Positions 1-9,874 of a stretch of DNA of 24,939 bases are shown here, piece after piece. A program made the translations under genes and the position numbers. The notes beneath the pieces are model-generated. The model made no database searches and was not told the origin of the DNA. It worked only from the letters and a program-made list of their open reading frames with translations. The DNA is from Catajapyx aquilonaris. Lineage: Eukaryota. Location: the NCBI GenBank assembly GCA_000934665.2, contig KZ538288.1, positions 62,001 through 86,939 on the forward strand, given 5' to 3'. The first letter of the stretch is position 1. The number at the start of each line of letters is the position of its first letter.

Positions 1-825
1 TTGCCATCTTGTCGAATTAAGACGTTCAACAAAATGGCGGTAAGGCGGCCATGTGGAAAGAATTTCATCTAAACTGTCATGTGGTGTAGAGACAGGATTC
101 CCTGTCCTTTTAGGGCCATTCATGTGCAGTGAATCGAGCCGGTTCTATTATCTTGGGATGAGGGTGAGGGGGAAGTCCCCTTTATATAGAAACATGGGCA
201 AATATCACTTTATCGAATGATCGGGGCATGAACAAGGCAGCTTACTTATTGCTTTTTTTATGATAGCGAGGTTTAATTTGTTAGAAAGGAAGCGAGTGCA
301 TACAGTACTGTGCCGATGGTAAAATCCAACCGTCATCTGTGGGCAAGTTTGCAAACAAGTCGAGTAACATGCACCATCTCGTGTATTTGCATAGAACCGA
401 CGGACATACAGTAGCCTACTGTGTATGGCACGCACCTGACTTATCAAGCAAAAAAAAAAAGACACGAACAATTTCTATAATGGGAATGACGTCATGTCAA
501 ATTGATGTGACCTAGAATTGGACAGATTTTCCTCTCAAAATGTAGGGCAGATGTGTCACAACAATTAGCACGCCTGCTGAGTGCTTACCTAATAGCCTTC
601 ACATGTACTGACTCCTCTCCGTGACCTCCATAAGCATGAATGGTATGTACAACATGTGTCACATGTCATTGGAAATGGAGGAACTCTCTATGGTGCATGG
701 TGTCGTAGTAAATTACTGTATAATGAGGCATTAATTACTTATCAGCATCAGTTATCACTATTACCAGCTCTTGCTATTACAAAAGATCACAATGCATGTC
801 ATTACATTTAAATAGAGGAGCAATA

Positions 826-1102
826 CCGAAGCAGGTTGGTGTAGGGTGTAGGGGATAAGGAGCCCGCCTGCTAATCGGGAGGTCCTGGGTTCGAATCCCG
901 CGGCCGGCGACCCGGACCATGGTTTTCTGTGGTTTCCCATGGTCCCCTCCAGGAGATTTCCGGAGTTGTTTCCTAAACTAATAGGCCACAGCCGCTTCCT
1001 TCCTTCCCTATCCCTGGTCCCATCCAATGGTGGTAATCCACCCTCCTAAGGGAGCCAAAGGCTCTAGCACGGGGTATGAAATAAATAAATAGAATAAATA
1101 AG
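826..1102 (+). mobile_element. Full-length tRNA-derived SINE with target-site duplication
   Basis: A-box-like TGGTGTAGGG (~837-856, with a short internal duplication) and B box GGTTCGAATCCC (888-899). The body GGTTTTCTGTGGTTTCCC...CCAGG...TAGGCCACAGCCGCTTCCTTCC resembles insect SINEs of the Lm1/Talua-Talub type. It ends in an (AAAT)n tail and is flanked by an exact 13-bp repeat TAGAGGAGCAATA at 813-825 and 1103-1115. Confidence 0.9.
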
Positions 1103-3184
1103 TAGAGGAGCAATAATGGAGCAATGAAGATATAAAATATGCAAATAATATTGAAGCAGCTCAGCATTAATTATTATTGGCAAGATATTATGCAAGTCAG
1201 GAGTAATTCGCTTTATGCAATAAATTATTCGTGTAAGTTTACAGAATTGTAAACCTTCCATATTACTTCTCCCATGAAAATTGAATGCAACTGGAGTAAA
1301 ATAATTACATAAATATCTACTTAACATTACACACTGTGTAAATAAAGGTAAATATCATTTAAAGTTTTGCACTATTTTTTAATCTTAAAAAGTGGAAGTT
1401 TTTCTGCACTCCTAGAGAGGTTAGGAAGACCATTACGAAGCGCGTTAATAATATTTGCCACTACATTTCATATGGGTAGCAATTATAATTAGGGCTTACC
1501 TTTAGGCCATTTGAAAGCAAAGGTATAATATTTAAATTTTAGCCAATTAGACTGTAGCAATGTGTGAAAAAAGTAGGCAATGACAACTAATTGCCCCGCA
1601 ATACTAAGGCCATATTGTGCAGTAACCCATCAATATTTCACTCTATTGGGTGTGGTCAGCTAGTTTTACACTTCGTCCTGATTATTTTTTTAAAGCCACA
1701 ATGATTCTCTTTTCATAGGTTTTTGGAAAGTAATTTTGTTGCACTCTGACCACTTTTTGCTCATTACAGCACAAATCACACGAGTTAAATAAAAGGAAAC
1801 CAGTAATCATTTGTTCATTGCACATGTTATGCAATAAAGACCTGGATTTTGGAGGGCACAGCATTGACATACAATCATACATGCAAGTTTTTTTTGGTAT
1901 GGTATGTAATTGTGAGATTTGGACCAGATTATGCCACTGATGAGAGTTCTTGTTTTGTTTCAATGGCAACAATATTATTGATCAACAATAAAAAAACAAT
2001 AATACATCCAGCATCTGCAAAACAATGAGTGTTGATTCCAGATTATTATTCAAGCTCGAGTGTGTTGTTGGATAATGACAGCAGATGACTAGCAAATAGC
2101 TGAAATATAATACGATCGCAATTATACCAGACGTGTACCAACTGTTACAGGATGATTTATTACAACCAAGTCGGAAAGTAATAAAACGCAATCCAGTCAC
2201 AAAACTCAGGAAAAAAACTCACAAACTCTTCACACACACAAAAAAATGAACAAGAATGCAAAAAAATGAAGGTCCATCACAAACTCAAAACAGAGAAGGC
2301 CTACTGATTCCCAAACGCAAATAAATAGTAATGTTTCGGTAAACAGGGAAGCGTTCATCTCCCATGAAAAAAAAAGAGGCTTTCCATACTAAACATCTAC
2401 ACACGTATAAAATAAGTGGTCATTGGCATCGATAACTTTTACATATAGGATTCCTTGCCCCCAAAAAATGCACTGTTAACGTAACAAAACATACTTCTAA
2501 AAAAACAAAACCTGTGGGTGTTTGCTGCACTACCAAAGGGAACGACTTAGAAAATACGCAAAGCACACTCCTTATTCTTTATTTTTTACCTATCAGTCGA
2601 ACTTTTGTCATGTGCAACAATGCAATAAACAAGAATAGGTGCTGCGAATGTGCAGTCACATGACTATCGTGACAGAGTAGGAAGGAACATTTGGATCGGA
2701 TTGTAAGGTGGCCGTTACTCAAGCAAAAATCTCAGATGCATGCAAGCAACCATCGGTCCAGCACATGTCTCTTAACTGGCCACCGGCACTGGAATGAGTG
2801 GAAGTACCATATCGGCACAACAACAGTCATCTGCATACTAACATCTCACTGGAATAAACTTATTGAAACTTCCTGCTGATCCCACACATTCCGCAAGAGG
2901 ATGGCACCACATGGCTCTTAAATGCAAGGTCTATTCAAATGAGAGTGAGTTAGTCAACCGCACATGCAGACTTGGAGCAAACGCAGCTAAGAAGTCAACC
3001 ACACTTGATCGGCAAATACACAGAACATGCCCCAATTTTTAACTTATTAATTTCTGGACTCACAGTTGGTTGACTAGCTCATTTTCATTTGAACGAACCT
3101 TGTATATCCAAATATCAGAGGCACGTTTTAACTGTATACCATATCACAGAACCACCACTGCTACTGTTATTGAGCACCGCACTG

Positions 3185-4882
3185 TTACCTTTTCTTCCCG
3201 GTAGATGTGAATGCGTCGGGAGGCAAGAAACCCAATGCAAAGAGCGTTTCAGTAGTACGCACCACCAGATCCTTCTTGTACCGCCATATGGTGGTGTCCA
3301 TCATGGAGTGCTTGCGGTACTCGGACTTGCACGAGTTTTTCAGTGTCTTTACGCAGTCTTCTCTGTAATGCTGCAGCTGTGCATCAGTGGTGTTGATTGA
3401 GTATGAGCTGCAAACACCATTGAGACATGCTAATGGGAAATGGTTGTGTAATGTCAGGACACGCTCAGTGTTGTGGAAGCACTTGACGTACTGCCCTGGT
3501 TTGGTGAAGTTGCGGCTGCGGTACACATGCTGCAGCATATGCATATACCTAGGTGCATCACTGAACCAGCCATGCTCGTGCAGCAAATCATCAAGGAAGT
3601 ACACATTGCGTACATTGTATGACGCTCGTGACTCATTCTTGATGGCCAGTGCTTTCTGTTCAACTTCCTTCATCAAGTCGGTCCAAGTCGTGGTGTGTAC
3701 TGGCATAATAATTTCATCAGTGTCAAGCAGAGCAACATACCGGTAGGTATACAAGTTACGGTAGAGGCAATCGTTGTATGGTATCAACTCATTCTGACGC
3801 TTGTTGTTAACCTTGCTCTTGAGGTACAGATGCTGGAGGCCAGGAAGGTTAGGTTGCCCACCAGGAAGGGTTAACGGAGTCACATGCACCAGTCCTTTCT
3901 TGTGGTAGTAATTCAACACCTTGGTAATATTCGGGTGCACTTCCAGATCATACAGGAATATCTTGTCAGCACCCAGCAGTCCCAACAGCTCTAGCCACTC
4001 GACCAGCCGTACTGACAAATCCTGGTGCAAGAAGTCCAAGCCCTTAACGCACACAGCAAAGCCCTTTTTGACCTCTGGTCGGTCATACACAACCCTCAAG
4101 TTGTTGGTAGCATGTTGGCAAGGCGTCTCCACCACAGACACCGAAGCTGGGACCCTTCCTTTAAGGCTCCTCGGAGTCTGGCATGCCAGCAAGTATGGCT
4201 GCAACACTCCCTGCTTGTAGTTCCCCCATTTCTTGTGCCAGATGTACTTGTACTCCAGCACCTTGTTGAACACTGGCTCCTTCACACCATCATACCAGAA
4301 CTGGCAATAAGTTGTTACCTTCGGCTCTATCCGGTTGATCATCCCGAGTATCCGAACCGTTGGACCAAGCCGATTCAACGGCCTCACATCATAGTACGCG
4401 CCATAGAGGTAGAATGTGCCATTAGATGTGCGTGATACCTGCCAGTACACATTATCAAACTCAAGTTCATACACGGTGGGATACTTGGCGCACGTGGTGT
4501 TCTTATGAGTGGGCCTGTCCTTTGGCTTCTTCCAGTAAGCAGACGGCAGGTTAGGTATCTGGGTCTGCAGACCTTCGAGGATCTTTTCATCTGGCAGGCT
4601 GGGAGACCGGTCCACGAGGGGCTCCACATGCTTGTTGAGTGCTCGCTCCGTCGCATTGCTTCCATCCCGCTCGGTGGCCACCCTGGGCGTCCTGGGGTCC
4701 ACGATGTTCTCCAACAGCAGCCGGGTGTTGATGCTGCTGTGCACGCCATAGGGTATGGCCACATCCCTCGCCGTAAAGTAGAAGACGGCATAGCACATGC
4801 AGATCCAGAAGAACAGCAGGTACAGTGGACGTCGGCCGGGCCGGACCACTATGCAGCGACGGCACCACGACACCAGGCCCAT
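3185..4882 (-). CDS. Glycosyltransferase family 92 (DUF23/Glyco_transf_92) type II membrane protein, 565 aa, single coding exon
   Basis: The long, GC-richer ORF 3185-4903 has its first real ATG at 4882, in context CAG|CCATGG. It encodes a short basic cytosolic tail (MGLVSWCRRCIVVRPGRRP), one hydrophobic helix (LYLLFFWICMCYAVFYFTA) and a stem. GT92-type motifs follow: FAVCVKGLDF, RLVEWLELLGLLGADKIFLY, NDCLYRN, DxD (LLDTDEII, 3716-3724), KCFHNT..LHNHFP and LQHYR. Family assigned by motif recognition, not a database search. Confidence 0.9.
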   Translation of the reverse strand: MGLVSWCRRCIVVRPGRRPLYLLFFWICMCYAVFYFTARDVAIPYGVHSSINTRLLLENIVDPRTPRVATERDGSNATERALNKHVEPLVDRSPSLPDEKILEGLQTQIPNLPSAYWKKPKDRPTHKNTTCAKYPTVYELEFDNVYWQVSRTSNGTFYLYGAYYDVRPLNRLGPTVRILGMINRIEPKVTTYCQFWYDGVKEPVFNKVLEYKYIWHKKWGNYKQGVLQPYLLACQTPRSLKGRVPASVSVVETPCQHATNNLRVVYDRPEVKKGFAVCVKGLDFLHQDLSVRLVEWLELLGLLGADKIFLYDLEVHPNITKVLNYYHKKGLVHVTPLTLPGGQPNLPGLQHLYLKSKVNNKRQNELIPYNDCLYRNLYTYRYVALLDTDEIIMPVHTTTWTDLMKEVEQKALAIKNESRASYNVRNVYFLDDLLHEHGWFSDAPRYMHMLQHVYRSRNFTKPGQYVKCFHNTERVLTLHNHFPLACLNGVCSSYSINTTDAQLQHYREDCVKTLKNSCKSEYRKHSMMDTTIWRYKKDLVVRTTETLFALGFLPPDAFTSTGKKR

Positions 4883-4884
4883 GG

Positions 4885-4906
4885 CTGAAAACAGGTACAA
4901 CAAATT
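4885..4906 (-). other. 3' splice acceptor of the GT92 coding exon
   Basis: Minus strand reads ttgttgtacctgttttcAG|CCATGGGC: a pyrimidine tract plus CAG 2 nt before the ATG, with an abrupt switch to AT-rich sequence upstream. Confidence 0.7.
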
Positions 4907-5040
4907 AATATTTGTCCATAATAATATACGGCTATAATGATATATTACACAAAATTGTTACACAAAACTTTGCACTTTCCCCTCCGCACACATCCAGTCA
5001 TTGGATAGTCAATCATTGGGTCTGTAACAAATTGACGTAC

Positions 5041-5051
5041 CAGTATCCTGG
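5041..5051 (-). other. Candidate 11-nt (or 7-nt) microexon upstream of the GT92 coding exon
   Basis: Minus strand reads ccatcctctcctttatattttttaAG|CCAG|GATACTG|GTACGT: long pyrimidine tract, two possible AGs and a good donor. It would leave a 156-nt intron (5040-4885). Confidence 0.3.
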
Positions 5052-7252
5052 CTTAAAAAATATAAAGGAGAGGATGGTGTGTAGAGATCCATGGTAAAGT
5101 AGGTTCCACTTTCTCTCTAACTAACAGGAAGGTACAATATTGGTGTAACGTTTCCCCTGTGCCGCATTCTCCCTGTCTCCATCCAGGTGATGTGATTACT
5201 CGCTTAAATCTAGACAATGCGCCAGGGTGACAGCAGACCTGACGTCGCGCACACGACTGGTGCACATCAATCATAATTCTGCTATTACTTTTACCCCACC
5301 TAAATTATTACAACATGCGACGACAACAACAAGCAGGTAAAAGCAGAGCAGGAATTTACATGCTAGCAGGAAATGTGCAAGTGTGGTATTCACATGGCAT
5401 GCAGCAGGAAGTGTTGAAGTTTCTGCTATAATTAAACTTCAAAAAAATTGTACTCATTACAATAGAAACTAGTGAACCCTTTGCCAACTCTCGGCAGTGC
5501 CATATCCCTCACACAGATGGCGAACACCCTGGGCAGACTCATGCCAATTCTTTTTTACGTCTATTTTGTAGCCTGCAATCACAATTCATTTGAAAATTAA
5601 TAAAAATAATTTGGAATTCGCATCGTATTTAATTCGCCAATTTCATATCCATTTTTAGCACTTTGGGTTGAAATTTTGCAACTGCTCTATACAGCACAAC
5701 TTAGTAATATCGAAACGCGCTTTATACGACACATGTCTTTTGTGCATTTATCATTATTAAACCCTACACTACTCAACCTGCGATAACCGGCTATAAAAAG
5801 CACTATTTCCATGTGACAATGGTGACATTACAGATAAGTCCGACAATTTCTTCACGATCCATGCAATTTGAGCGCACATAAGATTCTGCATGTGACCAAA
5901 GTCCTGCTGTGTCACCACCTGACCTCTCAAGCTCAACGTGTGGGCTGTTGACTCAACCGAGAAAGTTAAGACTTTCGCTAAACATGAGGTCATACGATGA
6001 CACCAGTACTACCAAGGTTAAGGGTGAATTTCCTGGATAAAATGAGCGACGTTTTCCTGTGAAATTGCAAATATTTTAGCACGTTCGCCTGTCAGACAGT
6101 GGCAAAAACACATCGACCTTGCTAAACCACAAAGCCAGTGTCCTCTTCCAAGGCCAGCGTCCTAACCCAGCAAAACGTAACGTTGATCGTTACGGCGATG
6201 TACTTTTTCCCGGTTTAATTACATCCGAAGCTTCCTACGTACAAATGCGATAACACACTCCGGACGTGCTATTCAAATTTAATGCCAAAAATGGGAAGCT
6301 TCTGCGATTAATGCCCTCAGGGTTGGGCAAGTCCTACGTCACATTGAAAAGAAGAATAAAAAAAAGTTCCCAGGGACACGTGTAGGTCGCTCAGCACAAT
6401 CTGCGAACTAAATTGCGCGGAAAAAATTACTGAAGAGTTGACCCAATACCGTCAACAATTTCTGGCACAACCGATCTCACGTGTGGAGACGATGCGTGGG
6501 CCCCCCCTGCTGAGTGAAAACTAGGTAATAATAGGGCTAATCTGGTTGGTTAGCTCATATTATGGCCTGAGGGCGTCGGGTTTCCAATTTGGGTTCGTTA
6601 GAAGATTGACCAAAAGTTGGATGGCTGCGATGACGCATATTTGACGCTATCTTTTGTCTGGAAGTGTCAGACAAATGGAGGCCATGAGGCTGATCAAGAT
6701 GGCGACCGCATTAGGGCTAGGGCTAGGCCTATACATGACTACCATAAGTCAAGTGAGGGTTGAAGTTTAAAGTTAATTTAAGTCATTTTTGGTCATATAT
6801 TGGCTTCAATTTTCCTTCCCTCAAAAATGATATTAATATTTTATTTCAGTTCGTTATTTATTTTTATTCAATTATAGTTCCTTTTAGTGATGTATTTTAA
6901 TATATTTTAATATTTCTTTTAAACGTATCAGTTAATTTTAATTTATTTCATATACTGGTATATAGCCTATTCATTAATTTATTTATCATATCTAATTATT
7001 ATACAGGTAGGCTATACTCAGTGATTTCACTGGTGTGTCTTTAATAACTTACTGGCACATAATTTATTCCAGTTTAATTAATTTTAATTAATTACATTTG
7101 ATTACCGGTACTTCAATTTCAGTCGATGAATTTTTAATTCATAATTACACTCAATTGCAATGTTAATGAATTAAATTATTTGAAAGGAATAATTATTGAT
7201 TCCACAACTGATTTAACTAATTAATAATAATTTCAATTCCTAAAGTTACTAA

Positions 7253-7415
7253 TCTTCTTACATATACTAAAGGGAAAGTTTGTTCGTTTGTTTGTCCCAC
7301 CCCTCCCTTCTCCCCCTCCATCTCCCATAGCAACTGGTTACCATGGCAACGGCTCACCATGATGGCAAAGCGGTCAATTCTTCAATTCTCGTGCGAAGAA
7401 CAGGTATCCTGCTAG
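7253..7415 (+). mobile_element. Non-autonomous mini-Helitron (163 bp)
   Basis: 5' end A|TCTTCTTACATATACTAAAGGGAAAGTTTGTTCGTTTGTTTGT resembles insect Lep1-like Helitron starts. 3' end has a degenerate hairpin CTCGTGCGAAGAACAGG followed by TATCCTGCTAG|T. Inserted between A and T. Confidence 0.65.
7337..7350. promoter_or_regulatory. RFX X-box motif (GTTACCATGGCAAC), with a second imperfect box at 7321-7334
   Basis: Exact match to GTTNCCATGGNAAC; adjacent TCTCCCATAGCAAC. Function untested. Confidence 0.45.
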
Positions 7416-7740
7416 TTACTAAAGGTGATGGTATTCATGTTGCTGTCCCCTGTGACAAGATGGTCGCCCTCAACAAGATGGCGGCTAGGCCTAGCAACCT
7501 CTGGGTTAGGACTAGGTGCATCTTGTTTCCATCTAATCCGCGGCCATAAATCCCAGGCACAGCTCGAGGGCAAAGACGGGCGTCCATGTTGGCACGCATC
7601 ATCAGGACAAGCAAAAAGAGCAGGAACCTGTACCCCTCCTCGAGAGGGTCAATGCCTCTTCCTGGTCTGCAGTGGCGATTCACCCAGTAGGACCACTTCT
7701 CTCCCTCCCTCCCTCCCTCGGCTCTTTTTACTAACGTATA

Positions 7741-8823
7741 AGAGTTGTGATGCCACCACTTGTAGATATATACGGAGGCCAATTGTCATCCATCACCTCT
7801 CTCGACCAGATTGTGCGCGTCACAACCCGCATTGGTCCGCGTGATTTATATGCGCTGTAGCTGCTCGGTCATGAGTGTCGCGACCGTGACCCAAATTGGT
7901 AGTCCTGGGTGATAACAAACAATTGTTGTACAAAATGTTGCACTTGCAGCTTCTGAGCCAATGAGCTTTCCAAATTCGAAGCAGGTTTGGAAAGTAGATT
8001 GGCCAGCTTGCGATGAAAGTTTAAAATGCAGATGCGCTTTTTCCACTAGTAGATCGGTGTCGTGTGTGTATATACAGCGACAAATCGACTTGCGTCATGT
8101 ACTTAGCTATTTGTACTGATAGATCATGCTTGAACCGTGCAGCTATGAAATGGTGCCGATTTGTGTCGCTCTTAGCCAGTTGGCAAATTCGCACACTACT
8201 TGGGATCAGAAGCGCAACTTTCATATTAACACCCCCAAGTACTTGCAAATCTTCAAGTGCAGAATCCTCCAGAGTCCAAAGTCCCGTTAGCTCATCCCTT
8301 AGGACGCGGATGTGCTTAAGCAATGGGACACACCCATGAATGGGACACCTTACGAATTCAGGCCGATGCTTAATAAATCATTATATGCCCTCATTGTTGG
8401 CCAATTCTCACCACCTGATCTGAAACATGTCAACTTGAACAACTCACTCGAATTCACCCATCGCTTCTTCTTCAGCACCTTCCTTTTTTTTCCAACAAGA
8501 AAAATGTGTGTATCGAGTTCCTGGTCAAGGCTTTGGGTAACTGGATCTGGTCAACTGGGCGTGCCCAAGGCTACAGCTACTAGAGAGAAAACGGCCTACG
8601 CACGTACGATAATATATTTTGGCCACGCCTCTTGCCGATTTCCGGTATGTCGGACACCCAAGACGGAAATGGTCATCCGGTCGATGCCATCGATCACTAA
8701 CAAGACGGAGGTGGCTAAGTAGGGCGCTAACAAGTGGAGCGTTGTCTGGCCACTTCGATTTACCTATACGAAGCAACACGCCGTTTCCATTTTGTGGTAT
8801 GAAATGGGTAGGAAATTGGCATT
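7741..8823. pseudogene. Decayed coding-like island of unknown origin (transposon or endogenous viral fragment?)
   Basis: About 1.1 kb of high-complexity, GC-balanced sequence lying between repeat elements, with several overlapping 66-136 aa ORFs on both strands interrupted by stops and frameshifts. No domain recognised; strand unresolved. Confidence 0.25.
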
Positions 8824-8842
8824 AAATGTGAAGGAAATATAT

Positions 8843-9325
8843 AACATCTCTATATTATCATAAAAGGCAAAGTTTGTTTGTTGGAATTTGTATTACTGAA
8901 TTATATTTTCTATAATAATTTAGTTATTTGTTTTAGTTTTCTATACTTTTAAAATAAGGTAGTACTTTTGCGATGCTTCAGATTGGCCCCCGTTCTGCGC
9001 CTGCGCAATGGGAGGAGGCAGCGCCTCTGGTGGGTGGGGGGAGGAACTAGTCATTCGCTCGCAGTGGGCAGGAATTTATATAACTTATTGCTTGTTTGTT
9101 TTATTTATTATGATATTTATATAATGTTATTATATATTATTATATTGCCTCCTCCTATTGCTCAGGCGCAGAACGGGGGACAATCTGAAACGTCGCGCAA
9201 AAAAAACATTTTAAAAGTAGTCTATCGAAAATAAAACAAACAACTAAATAATAAAAATAAATTTAATACATTAATACAAAGTCAAACAAACTTTTGCCTT
9301 TTATAACAATAGAGATAGAGATGTT
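8843..9325. mobile_element. Foldback/MITE-like element with ~180-bp imperfect inverted arms
   Basis: 8843-9020 (AACATCTCTAT..ATAAAAGGCAAAGTTTGTTTG..TTCAGATTGGCCCCCGTTCTGCGCCTGCGCAATGGGAGGAGGCA) aligns to the reverse complement of 9146-9325, around a ~125-bp spacer. No clear TSD. Confidence 0.75.
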
Positions 9326-9790
9326 TTCTCTCACGAGAGGTTTAAACTTGGTACAATCGAGTCTACGCTGCACTTTTGAGTAATGTGCAGTGTTATGCCG
9401 AACAAAGTTCAATGTACGGCATATGCACACGATGACATCGTGCCAAAAATAATCCTTTTGGAACGGTACATGTCTTATGATTCTAATCCGACGTGACGCC
9501 GCAAAAAAAAAAAGAACGCAATTTTTGTCACTTCACGCCGGGCTGACCGACATCACTTAAATTGTTAGTGTAAAAACGTCCCGTTTTTCTTTTTAAAAAA
9601 ACAATAGCTTCTTAGTCATAAACAGCGATCTAATTTGCGATTTTTTGCTGAGTTCCGGCACCTTGCGGGCGAAATAATTTTTTTTTGTTTTCGTAGCCAT
9701 ACAATAGCTTTTTGCACTTCAGCATCCTCATCGGTGCATCGACCCTATATGTGACAGGTTTCCTGTTGCAATTTTCAACCCCTTCCTGTC

Positions 9791-9874
9791 TACAGGGTTG
9801 CAATATTCAGAATATTCGCATTCAGCAAATCCCACATGCTAATTATTCACACAATTGTTATGAAACACCCTGTA
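9791..9874. mobile_element. Possible Tc1/mariner-type MITE remnant
   Basis: TA|CAGGGT ... CACCCTG|TA termini around ~80 bp; the terminal match is short. Confidence 0.35.

Noticed and set aside
830..905. Functional tRNA gene (anticodon-like GCT at 870-872)
   Set aside because: No convincing acceptor stem, duplicated D-arm segment and no long variable arm expected of tRNA-Ser. It continues into a SINE body, tail and TSD.
2156..2583. Minus-strand AATAAA signals (2156-2161, 2578-2583) as the GT92 poly(A) site
   Set aside because: Hexamers are expected by chance in AT-rich DNA; a site cannot be chosen without 3' end data.
3185..3199. C-terminal GKKR as an ER-retrieval signal
   Set aside because: Lysines are at -3/-2, not KKxx or KxKxx, and the C-terminus of a type II protein is lumenal.
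3089..4888. Overlapping ORFs on the opposite strand or in other frames of the GT92 gene
   Set aside because: Shadow ORFs of a GC-rich, codon-biased CDS; no recognisable protein features.
4883..4903. N-terminal MLYLFSA extension from the TTG start in the ORF track
   Set aside because: This is the pyrimidine tract and AG of a splice acceptor; the ATG at 4882 has good context.
5757..6021. piggyBac-like MITE (TTAAACCCT...AAGGTTAA)
   Set aside because: The terminal sequences match each other too poorly to support.
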